From assembly GCA_043228905.1 (NCBI GenBank), contig JBHGNT010000012.1:5704001-5768000 (forward strand): a stretch of 64,000 nucleotides of DNA, in the 5' to 3' direction. The translations under genes were made by a program, and so were the position numbers. Below, one piece after another: positions 37,029-48,489 of the stretch (position 1 is the first letter of the stretch; each line of letters starts with the position of its first letter). This DNA comes from Azolla caroliniana (lineage: Eukaryota > Plantae > Polypodiophyta). Under the pieces are notes generated by a model. The model ran no database searches and had not been told where the DNA came from. It saw only the letters and a program-made list of their open reading frames with translations.

Positions 37029-39429
37029 CCCCCCCTAAATACTGCCCCTCGTTTTGGCTAACCCCCCCCCCCCCCCCCCACCATTTTTTTTTTTTTGTGA
37101 TAGTTCTCACCTCAACCAAATCTTTTTTGTGATATATATCAACTATTACACTTTACAACCTCATAAAAAGGTTTATCAACTATTACATAAAAAGGAATTG
37201 TTGTCAATAACTTTCTTGGTACTGCAGGGGCAAATAGCCAAAATGGGGGGTCAAATGCATATCGCAAGTGCGTACATTATGACCAGCTTGACCACATTTG
37301 GAACATTTGCGACCGGTAGAGTACTCAAATAGTGACTTCTCCCTTTGGTTGGCCTTTTTGTTCTTTGACCTTGCAGGGCAACCTCGCTTCATAATCACCA
37401 CCACTGGATTGGAGAGAGACTGTAGTTGTGCCTGACTTGCTTCATCCAATCGTGTCATGAGAACAACAACCTGGTCATCATTAGTTTCATACAATCTTTG
37501 CTCGATGTTCCTCATCAAACGCTTTCTGGGAGACAAACATGGCTTAGCTATAACGACAGGTTGAACCATTGAACACGCAATCAAGTGCCATTGACGGTGA
37601 ATATCTTCAATATGTAATCTTTCATTTCTTTGGATGCATCTCAAAATGTCATGACAACATGGGACACCAAAACATGATCTAAACAACCCCGTACATTCAT
37701 CACCATAAACGTTGTCAATAACTTTCTTGTACTGCTCCAGTAACTTGTCTAATGCGTGTTTGGATATCTTCTTTACTAGCGGCCTCATGAACTAGAGTGC
37801 ATGTCGATGTGCCTGTGTAGACTTGTCAGACTCCATTTTGGTGTTCAATTTTGTCAGTTGTGTGTCCAGTAGTAAACGAATTTTCTTGAATATAGTGAGT
37901 AGATCGTTAATTACAATGCCTAAAACCCTCTTGACGACATAATGGTTGCCTTCATTGCGAGAGGTGTTGGTCATTCCAAAGTGGGGGAAGCGACCAGTCC
38001 AGTAACGTACAATCTTGTCTTTGTGAATCAACCAAGTCTCATATACATACTGCACCAGCGCATCATGACTTGGTCGCCAATTCGTTTGGAACGTGGCCTA
38101 GTTAGCCTCAAAATCTAGCTTCTATAGAAGAGTATAGACGCTGGTTCCAGTCATCCATATAGGCGTTTGTGTCGTCGGTGCTTGCAAACTTCATCGTTGC
38201 ATAGGCCAGAATGTTTTTGTTGACATGCCAGATGCAAAGCAAATTCTTTGTAGAAGGGAACATGATAGCAATTGCAGTCATCAAGGAAAGTTCTCTATCA
38301 GTTACAACCACTAATGGTTTTGTCACAAATGTGAATGACTGCAATGCCCAAACATACATGGGTTCTGTCTCGTTCCATATGAACACAAATCCATCATTGA
38401 ACATGCTATTTGTGGCCGTAGTTCCAACGATGGTGAGCAACAACATGCCAAATCTATTCGTTTTGAAGGTGCAGTCCATGACAAATACCACATTGAACCG
38501 TCTGGCAAGATTTGCCGACCTCTGATGACAAAAGAAAAGGCCACTGATTGAGCCGTTCGAGTTCACCTTGACATTGAAGATAAAGTCTCTCGTGGAGATC
38601 TCATCATACAACACTTGAATTGGCGAGCGTCCGTAAAGAAACTCGGCTCTTGCAACCACTTTTTCGTTGTAGATTTCTTTACTTGTGGTCCATTGATTTC
38701 AGGTTTTTTCTCTCAAGTAGGCTAGAGTTGAAGCCGCACCAGTTCTAGCATTTGCCATGTTTTGAACAATGCCTTTTTCTATTTTAGTTAGTCTACGAGC
38801 CATTGATATACCACCGAGATTGTCCAATAGCTGCCTTTTTAATAGTCCACTATCTCGTTTTCTTCGAGAAGTTTGCTCTAACGAAGAATGGGCAGTCCAT
38901 TAGACGAGTCCCCATTTGTCTTTTGCGAGTATCGTCAGTCAAGCCTAGAGGGTTGCAATATTTTCCCCCATAGTAGCACTTGAAAGTGACTTTTCTATTG
39001 TCGTTTTGCTTATCCACTACAACGATGATATTCTAAGCACGGAAATGGTCCTTGATAAAACTGATCAGAGCCCCTCTCTCGGTGAAGGCTCTATCGATAA
39101 TTGAAGCTGAAGACGGTTGGGGAGACATGTTGTTTCGGGGAGGAGCTAAAATGGGGGATTAGTTATGCTGACATGAGAACTATCAGAAAATTGGTTGTGG
39201 CCAAAATGGTGTGATAGTTATGCTCAGGTGAGAACTGACAAGAGAACTACCAGAAAATTGGGGGGCAAAATGGAGGGGACAACTATGTTGAGGTACGAGA
39301 TGAGAGCTATTAGAGAGCGATCAGGGAATGTTTTTATTTTGGGGGCGGGGGGTGGGGGGTGACTATTTTTTTTTCCTAGTTAGCCAAAATGAGGGGGCGC
39401 TATTTGGGGTGGGGCAAATCGCGCATTCC
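37014..39429 (-). mobile_element. MULE copy 2, defective, inverted relative to copy 1
   Basis: TIRs GTAATGCGCTATTTGC (37014) and GCAAATCGCGCATTCC (39429). Transposase pseudogene 37204-39128 is highly similar to copy 1. Confidence 0.85.
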
Positions 39430-40223
39430 TATATATATACACATACACATTAATATGTAAGATTACATGTTATATGTATTACAAATCTACATACATACAA
39501 ACAAGTCCATATATTACACATATATTACATACACACAGTGTTGCCTTTTGATGGCCGTTTTGAACGTTTTTGGCAAATTTAACCGTATATGAAGGTTAAT
39601 TTAAAAATGAAACCGTCAATCTTGACGGGCATATGTTTTATGAAAACGTAAAAATGAAGGCTTAAAATTTCCTAATACCGTCAAATTTTACTAAGACCAA
39701 TACAATAGTATTATAGTAATTTAACCGTATATGAAGGTTAATTTAAAAATGAAACCGTCAATCTTTACGGGCATATGTTTTATGAAAACGTAAAAATGAA
39801 GGCTTAAAATTTCCTAATACCGTCAAATTTTACTAAGACCAATACAATAGTATTATAGTCCTAGCCCTAGGTAGTAGGAACAATGTTAACGTTCCGGTTG
39901 CATTGGGAGTTTAGGAATTTGAAAGGCTCACAGATGTGTGTAACAAAAAGGTAAAAAAACTAATAGAGTCTAAATTATGAATCTTTTCTTCCCAATCCCC
40001 GTTTCCCCATCTAAGACCTTCCTTTCCCTTTTCCCCCCCTTTCCCCCTTTTTCCCCCCTTTCCCCCCTTTTCTCTTGTTTGTTCGTTGCTCCCTCAGCCC
40101 TACACCTTGCTGGAAGCTCGTAGCTTAGTGCTCACTATCCCTACTCGAAGCTTGTTGCTCGTTGCCTGCTACGCATAGATTCAGCAACATCTCCTGCAAT
40201 AGTCTTGCTCACCCATCTAGGGC

Positions 40224-40284
<61 letters not shown>

Positions 40285-40905
40285 GATTAAAATAGACTAA
40301 ACCATCCTCATTGAAGATTTCATAAAATTCCACTGCCATGGACACCACTTAAAAAGCACATAGGTGATACATCATGGTAGAAGTAGCAATTAAGAATCAA
40401 AATCATAGTTCAGGATACAAAATTGACAAAGTCTCAAACCTAATACAAAATACAAGAAACTTTGATCAATATGCCCCCTTAAGATCATTAACAACATTAT
40501 ATGGAATAGGTGTAATAGTCTCCAAGGTAGCGATAAAACCAGGTTTTGGTCCTTCCGACTACCTCTTAGTAGAAATCTTCTCACCTTTAGCTTTGGCTTC
40601 AGCCTTGACCAGATCATTCTTCTTGATTCTTTAGATCAAATCCTCCTTGCAATGTGAGGGCTGCATGTGCTCAATACGAACATGTATTCTCTTCCTAACA
40701 ATTCTAGTGTTCACCTGTTTGTTCATCTGGACACCAATCACTCGTTTTGTAACATTCTAGACAACACCAGTGTGTCCATCATGGTAGAACTTGTGAGGCA
40801 TACCCTTGTGGATGGCACCATTCACCTTGATGTCGACATAGTCACCAATTCTGTAGGTGCGAAGGTAGGTGGAGAGATGGATATAACCTTTTTGCCTGAA
40901 CAGGC

Positions 40906-43900
40906 TGTCGAATACATGTGTATAATGGACGTATTCACACTATCCCGTTTTGGCCATTTATGTAATTAGCATAAAGGGTAGTTGCCCTAAGTCGGTCACT
41001 ATATATAGTGACCTTGTAACCTCTTTGTGAGGTTGGATGTTGTATTATTGCTTTGAGAAATAAGAAACTCTTTTGTGTCTCTCTCCCTCTCTCTCTCTCT
41101 GTGTGCACGACCTACACTCTGTCACACGCAGGTATTCACAAGAATCGAATGCTTCTCTCTTTCCGCACAGACGACCTTCCTCGCCTACAACATCTGGTAT
41201 CAGAGCAGAGGTTCGGCCGTCATCACCGCCTGCACAGCATTCGGTTCTTCACTTCATCACGGCCTGCACAGTATTCGCGTCATTCGAAGAAAGAGAGAAG
41301 AAGAACAAAAACGAGGTCTGCACCTCATCGCGTTAGATCCTCTTGCTTGGAGTAAGCCATCAGGTTGTACTCTGTCCTTCGTGATCGTAACCGCTCGAGG
41401 TGAAATCCCCTTGTGCAACATTGACACGATCGTGCTCCATTCGGTTAAACGGCATCCGAAGAGGTCATCAATCGCCGCTCGTTGTAACCACTCGGTGCAG
41501 ATCGGTCTCAAGACAACAACCCCAATTCGTGCTTCATCCGGCTGATCGACATTCGAGAGGATCAGTTGGATCCATCTCTCTCGTCGCTGCAGCCACCCGA
41601 AGCAGAATCGGTTCAGATAATCGGTTTTAATAATCGGTATTCGGCAGATATATCCGAAGCGAACCGGACTCACTCCGACTCGGTAACATTCGGGAAGACC
41701 AGTCGGTTCTGTCCCTCAAGCTACCGAAGTCAATTCGAGCAAGCTCCGAAGCCGAACCTACTCGGGTTCAAATCCGACTAGAACGATATCGGGTGAGCCA
41801 ACCGGCTGCACTCCAACAAGGTTCGTAGCCGACTCCGAACCGAGCTTCGTCAACCGAAACCGAATTTGATGGCATCAACATCCGGCTCGTCAGAAATGAG
41901 TCTACGAAAGTTCGATGGATCGAACTTTAACTTCTGGAAGGAGCAAATGCAGGACTATCTCATAGTCAAGGGGCAAATCGATCCCATCGAAAATGAAGAA
42001 CCTCCAGAAGGATACAAACCAATCGAGTGGCAGAAGCTGGACAGAATCGTCCGCGCCACGATTCGGATGCACCTATCGGAATCGGTATATTTTACGGTGC
42101 AATCGTGTACGACAGCATTCGAACTGTGGAAAACACTGTCGGACACTTACGAAAAGAAGGTCGCCGCAACGAAGATGTTTCTGATCCGGCGCCTCTACAA
42201 CTTGCGGATGAAAGAATCCGATTCGGTCCAAGCACACCTCAATGAGTACGAAAGCATAAGCTCCCAAATCTCGTCACAGGGGACGGCAATCGAGGATGAA
42301 CTCAGAGCAATGATACTCATGAGCAGCCTTCCCTCATCATGGGAAACTTTCGTCACAACCGTGTGCAACGCGTCAACCACGGCTGTTAAATACTCCGAAG
42401 TCACGAGCGCAATCCTGACCGAAGCAGCTCGGAGAAAGTCTTTCGCCAAAGACTCAACAGACGACGCTTATGTAGTACAAGGTTCGACAGACCGATCGAA
42501 CATACGAGGAAGAGATTCCTCACGACCGCCGAACAATCAGCGAAGACGGAGCCAGTCACGGGATAACCGAATCTGCAACTATTGCAAGAAACCCGGACAC
42601 ATCAAAGCCGACTGCCGCGCACTCAAGAACAAAAACAACAAGAAGAGTGGCCGGCATGAGGAGATCAATTACGTCAGCTTCTCAGCTGATGTACTACCGG
42701 ACGACCCGAATATACTATCAATCGAAAATCCAGTCGGATCAGAAGTTCTGCTCACGACTGAAGAATCGAGCACATGGCTCTTAGATTCGGGCGCGTCATT
42801 TCACGTGACTCCTCATCGATCCCAATTTCGGCAATATACGATCCGTCACTCCGACTCAGTTCGAGTCGGCAACTCGCAACACTGTGACATCATCGGAGTC
42901 GGCACAGTAGAGCTCAACATTGCAGGTGGCTCTACACTTGTACTCCACAATGTCCGACATGTACCCGAGCTCTCAAGGCCATTAATCTCAGTCGGACAAC
43001 TAGATGAAGACGGCATTCGTGCCGGTTTTTCTTCGGGAGGGTGGACACTCCATAGGGGGAACCTCCTGCTTGCTAGAGGACCCAAGATACACTCACTGTA
43101 TCCGTTACATGTTACACTCAGAGAGGGTAACCTGTTTTTGGTGGATATTCCTGTGTCATCACTATGGCACAGAAGATTAGGACACCTCAGCAAGGCCGGC
43201 ATCACGCATCTATCTAGAGCCGGATACATCCCCAAACTCTCCTTCTCCGACCATCAATTCTGCGAGCATTGCCAGTATGGCAAACAAGCAGCCGCATCAC
43301 ACCCGACATCAGCACCAAGAGAAACGAGACCTCTCGATTTGGTCCACTCGGACGTCTGTGGCCCAATGCCGCATCAGTCTCTTGGCGGTGCCTCTTACTT
43401 CGTCACTTTTATTGACGATTCGACTCGAAAGGTGTGGGCGTATCCAATTCGCACCAAAGATCGGGTCTTCTCGATCTTCACCGATTGGCTCGCTATGATA
43501 GAAAATCAAACCGACCGAAAGCTGAAATGCTTTCGGACAGACAATGGGGGAGAGTTCAAATCTGAAGAATTCGTCAAATTCTGCCGACAACGCGGCATCC
43601 GACGTGAATTTACGGCACCACACAGCCCGGAGCAAAACGGGATTGCCGAACGCATGAATCGGACAATCCAAGAACGGATAGTTTCCATGCTCCAACACTC
43701 CGAACTGTCGGATGGCTTCTGGGCAGAGGCTCTACTCACGGCAGTACACATAATCAATATGTCGCCAAGTAGACCTCTAGGACTTCAAATTCCTTAGGAA
43801 CTATGGATCGGCAGTAAGCCGAATTACGACAAGCTGAGGATCTTCGGATGCGAGGCGTACGCCCTTATTCCGAAAGATGATCGCCGAAAACTTGCACCTC

Positions 43901-46362
43901 GGTCCAGGAAATGCATTTTCCTTGGATATGGATCCGACGGCGAAATGGGATACCGACTCTGGGATCCCGAACGCAGACAAATCGTCCGAAGTTCGGACGT
44001 TGTGTTCAACGAGTCGGCTATGAATCCATCAGTCGAAAAACCGATCGAAGTCCGGAGGGTAACATTTTCTGATGTGCCGACCCTTCAAGAAGGCCCCGCT
44101 CTTAACACACGGTCAGCTTCACGGGTAGCTGAACCTCACACTACCGACTCGGACAACCCCGACTCGGCGCAGCAGAACAATCCGCTTTCGGACCATCCGA
44201 CCTCGATACCCGATGCGACCAGTCCAATCATACCTCGACGATCCGAGAGACTGTCGCAACCTCCGGAGAGGTATTCTCCTGGAATTTTCTTCACCGACGC
44301 CGGCGAACCGACGTCTTACGAAGAAGCATCGACATCTGTCGATTCAGCCACCTGGCATCTGGCGATGGAGTCGGAAATGCACTCCATTCGGGCAAACAAG
44401 ACTTGGGACCTGGTCGAATTACCTAAGAATCGACGTGCTCTTCCTTGCAAGTGGGTTTATCGACTGAAAGAGACGTCTGATTCGACCACCCCAAAGTACA
44501 AGGCCAGATTAGTTGCGAAGGGCTTCCGACAAGAATATGGCGTCGACTTCGACGAGATTTTCTCACCAGTGGTGAAAATGACAACCCTTCGTTTCCTACT
44601 CGGCGTAGTGGCAGCCGACAACTTGGAGCTGATTCAGCTAGATGTCAAAACAGCCTTCCTCCATGGTGATCTCGAGGAGGAAATTTATATGGAGCAGCCC
44701 AAAGGCTTCGTGGCCACCGGCCAAGAACATCTAGTCTGCCGACTCAGGAAGAGTCTATACGGCCTCAAACAGGCACCGCGACAATGGTACAAGAAGTTCG
44801 ACGACTTCATCCAATCGATCGGCTTCTCCAAAAGCGATGAGGACCATTGTCTCTTCACCAACACAGCTCAAGATGGTTCACCCATCTTCCTCATCATTTA
44901 CGTGGACGACATGCTAATTTCTGGACGCCACGCGGGCGAACTTGCTGATCTCATTCGGCAACTGCGGTTGAAGTTTGCCATGAAGGACCTCGGTCCGGCA
45001 CGACACATACTCGGCATGAAGATTAGTCGGCATCGCGATAAACGACATCTTTTTTTGTCTCAGACCGACTATATCCGACGTGTCTTGGAACGCTTCAACA
45101 TGCAATCAGCCAAATCTGCTTCAACCCCGCTCCCAATGAATCTTCGGCTCTCTCAGCGAGACTGCCCGACATCCGGTCCGGAGGGGGAAGATATGAAGTC
45201 GGTACCGTATGCACCGGCAGTCGGCTCCCTTATGTACCTGATGGTCGCGACACGGCCTGATATTTCTCACGCCGTAGGAGTCGTTAGCAGATTTATGCAC
45301 AACCCTGGCCGATCGCATTGGAACGCAGTCAAGCATGTGTTCAGATATCTGGCTGGCACAAAAGACCACGGCATTCTTTTCGGTCCGAACCGAACCTCAG
45401 GCGTAGTCGGTTACACCGACTCGGACTTCGCCGGCTGTATAGACAGTCGGAAATCAACAACCGGATACTGCTTCAAATTCGGCAATGGAGCAATCTCGTG
45501 GAAGTCGAAACTTCAGGAGTGCACAGCGACCTCAACGACCGAAGCAGAATATGTAGCTGCGTCCGACGCAGCAAAAGAAGCTTTGTGGCTCGGTCGGCTG
45601 GCGCACGCGTTTCGACAAGTCGACCATGACTCGGCTCCAGTTGTCTACAGCGACAGTCAAGGTGTTGTTGCCTTGTCGAAAAATCCGGTTCACCACAACG
45701 CCTCCAAACATATCGACGTTCGATATCACTTCGTTCGGGACTGCGTCATTTCAGGGAAAATCGGTCTAGCGAAAATATCCACAACCGACAATGTCGCAGA
45801 TGGAATGACCAAGTGTCTCTCGGCAGACCGTTTTCGGTCTCTTCGGCATCAGATGGGCGTAACGACAAACCAGTCCGGTTAGAGCCGGACACAGAGCAGG
45901 ATGGTTCCCGACAACCGACATCAGTTCCTTAATGATCGGCTTCAACTGTTCCGACCCGACCAGTTCGGTCTTCTGCCTTCGGACCCTGCCGACTGGAACA
46001 AAGCTGATGTGTCCGAGAACCTAAGTCTATACCTGTAATCTTAGATAACCCATGTATACGCCCATTACGGGGGAGTGTCGAATACATGTGTATAATGGAC
46101 GTATTCACACTATCCCGTTTTGGCCATTTATGTAATTAGCATAAAGGGTAGTTGCCCTAAGTCGGTCACTATATATAGTGACCTTGTAACCTCTTTGTGA
46201 GGTTGGATGTTGTATTATTGCTTTGAGAAATAAGAAACTCTTTTGTGTCTCTCTCCCTCTCTCTCTCTCTCTGTGCACGACCTACACTCTGTCACACGCA
46301 GGTATTCACAAGAATCGAATGCTTCTCTCTTTCCGCACAGACGACCTTCCTCGCCTACAACA
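40906..46362 (+). mobile_element. Copia family copy D, full length (5457 bp)
   Basis: LTRs 40906-41192 and 46076-46362 (one visible mismatch). PBS 41195-41206. TSD CAGGC at 40901-40905 / 46363-46367. Confidence 0.96.
41869..45882 (+). pseudogene. Copy D gag-pol with a single nonsense mutation
   Basis: CAG>TAG at 43795-43797 (LQIPQ>LQIP*). Otherwise colinear with copy C. Confidence 0.92.
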
Positions 46363-46425
46363 CAGGCGAGCGAAGAGATCACATGTACGAGATCTTTGTC
46401 CATGTCCTGCAGGCATCTCTAGCAA

Positions 46426-46597
46426 TCTTCTTCTTCTTCTTCTGCCTGCGTCGTCTCTCTCTCTCTCTTTGGTATGAACTTTAGATAATAGAGACTCTTC
46501 TTCTTCTTCTTCTTCTACCTACGTCATCTCTCTCTCTCTCTCTTTGGTATGAACTTTAGATAATAGAGACTCTTCTTCTTCTTCTTCTACCTACGTC

Positions 46598-46632
<35 letters not shown>

Positions 46633-46681
46633 ATGAACTTTAGATAATAGAGACTCTTCTTCTTCTTCTTCTTCTGCCTGC

Positions 46682-46735
<54 letters not shown>

Positions 46736-46761
46736 GTATGAACTTTAGATTAATAGAGACT
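46426..46761. repeat. Minisatellite, 4 units of ~70-100 bp: (CTT)n-ctRcctRcgtc-(CT)n-ggtatgaactttagataatagagact
   Basis: Four adjacent copies with variable microsatellite lengths, directly upstream of the RPL21 ATG on the minus strand. Confidence 0.9.
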
Positions 46762-47073
46762 GACGTTATTATTGTCTCAATACAAATCCTCAACTTTTAA
46801 CAATGATCCATCTCATCATATCAAGAGTTATTTCCTATGGTTAGGAAATTACTACATATCCAACGTTGATGGCCAGAGCATTTTCCAACTCTATTAATGG
46901 CTAAATCATTCTTATATTTCCCTCTACGGAAATTTACAATGGCTTGCCTAATATCATTGTTGCTTCTGTTAACAACCAATGTTGCTCGTACTTGTGCCAT
47001 GTTTTCTTCTTTTGATTGCACCTATGGTTCCTTGATGGTGTGGGATGATACACCTTCAAGCAATTCATTTTCC

Positions 47074-47289
47074 TTAAAGCAATTCGTTTTCCCCCATTCG
47101 ATCACTCACCACATTGTTTTTCTTTTCTTGAATTCTTTGTTCTCTTTTAGCTTCTTGGTTTGCTCTATTTTCACGCCTTTTCTGGGCTTTCGTTGGTTTT
47201 AGTTGTTGAGTTCCAGATGAAGTAGAAATACCACCAAATTCTTTTACTAGTCCATCAAAACTGGCATTGCTCTCCTCTTTAAGGGCAGA
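47074..47289 (-). pseudogene. Fragment of an OTU5/OTUD6B-like deubiquitinase gene
   Basis: FDGLVKEFGGIS...KPTKAQKRRENRANQEAKREQRIQEKKNNVVSDRMGENELL* resembles, from recall, the plant OTU5 segment LDNLVKAIAGVS...KRREKRAQQEAAREQRIQEEQSNI.SDRM.E that precedes the OTU domain. Confidence 0.7.
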
Positions 47290-47709
47290 AGTTTGGGAAA
47301 TTCTTCTTGGTTGCTATGTAGTAGATAGCACACACTCAGAGTGTGTTGCAATTTGAAAGGCTCATAGATGTCAATCTCTTAACCTTAGCTAATCTCTCAT
47401 ATTTCATACAAAGTCTACAAGACCCTTGTTTGTGGAGTTGTGATAGTAACATGCTAATATGGACATATGATTAAGTTTTGGATGCTTAGAGTTGTATGAC
47501 ATTACTCATATCTTAGAGATTATCCTTTTCGCGTCAAGTTATAATCAACAACGTATGATCTTTTTGCCAACGAGAATTATATTCATGTAAAATCTCATTG
47601 CTCAATAGGTCATAACTAATATGTATGGGTTTAATGATGCTAGTGATTGTTTTGAACTAATGGCATGATCTTTTCTTACATGACCCATTTCTTCTTATTC
47701 AGCATAATT

Positions 47710-48489
47710 ATGGCTCCCAAAAGAAAACATCAACGAACCATTAGTGCAATGTTTGCATGGAAACCACCTAATGAGGATATGTTTGGGACTGATTTAGAGA
47801 GTTTAACTCGAGAGAGTTGTTCCTCTAATATAACTAAAGAAAAGCCTAAGAGAAAATTCCGTGATGCATGGAGAGATAAATTCCCATGGATACGATGCAT
47901 TATGCAAGGAGACAAAACATTAATGAAATGTGCATGGTGTGAGAAATACGCTAGTCCTGGGCCTTGGGGTGTTGGTTCTGGATGCATTACTTTGCAACTT
48001 GATGCAATTTTGACCCATGTTAACTCAAGTGGTCAAAAATTATGTGCATCAAAGTGGATATGTGATGTTGAAGGGAAAGCAATGTCCATCCCAAAGCATG
48101 TATCACAATTAGATGATATTAACAAAAATAAGGTCATAACAACAATGAAACTCATGTACTTTATTGCAAAAAAAGATTTGTCTATCGCTACATACCAAGA
48201 ATTATGTGATTTGGCTGTGCTACTAGAGGTGCCTAATATGCCTAAGCAACATGATTATATATCTTATACTAGTAGATATGGGGGATATGAATTTTCGGTT
48301 GCTTTCGGGAAATATCTTCTAGAAATTCAAAGCTCAAACCTAATAAATTCCCCATACTACTCTTTGATGCTAGATGAAAGTACTGACAATGGATTAGAGT
48401 TGCATCTCATTATGTATGTTACATACTTGCAATGTGATGGTTGTGGGCCTAAGCAAACTGAATATATGGGTTTGCTAAAAATTCCCAAT
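47710..48489 (+). pseudogene. hAT transposase N-terminal half (ZNF862/DUF4371-like, TTF-type zinc finger), truncated
   Basis: RKFRDAWRDKFPW...MKCAWC...H; YYSLMLDESTD (first catalytic D). It runs into antisense copia RT at ~48490. Confidence 0.82.

Larger units (their letters stand above)
40466..46416 (-). pseudogene. RPL21: 60S ribosomal protein L21 (eL21) intronless pseudogene, split by copia D
   Basis: Joining 46416-46368 to 40905-40466 reads [58 protein letters not shown]...[10 protein letters not shown]...[17 protein letters not shown], with three in-frame stops and no intron. 3'UTR-like sequence continues to ~40281. Confidence 0.93.
39536..48489 (+). mobile_element. Putative hAT DNA transposon, 3'-truncated, with host-gene-derived cargo and copia D in its 5' region
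   Basis: Starts CAGTGTT (hAT-type terminus) after TA-rich DNA. Subterminal AACCGT/AAACGT motifs, with a 142-bp tandem duplication at 39576-39859. Transposase at 47710. Linking the terminus to the transposase is inference. Confidence 0.55.

Noticed and set aside
31218-39128. Domesticated FAR1/FRS transcription factor genes
   Set aside because: Both copies have TIRs and multiple stops/frameshifts, so they are defective transposons.
25371-39438. ATATATAT as a TSD proving the two MULEs moved as one composite unit
   Set aside because: Low-complexity TA flanks match by chance, so this is not diagnostic.
43795-43797. Programmed stop-codon readthrough in copy D
   Set aside because: Copies B and C have CAG here, inside the integrase region. 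It is a simple C>T nonsense mutation.
46426-46761. CRISPR-like repeat-spacer array
   Set aside because: The 'spacers' are the same microsatellites in each unit, there are no cas genes, and the context is eukaryotic.
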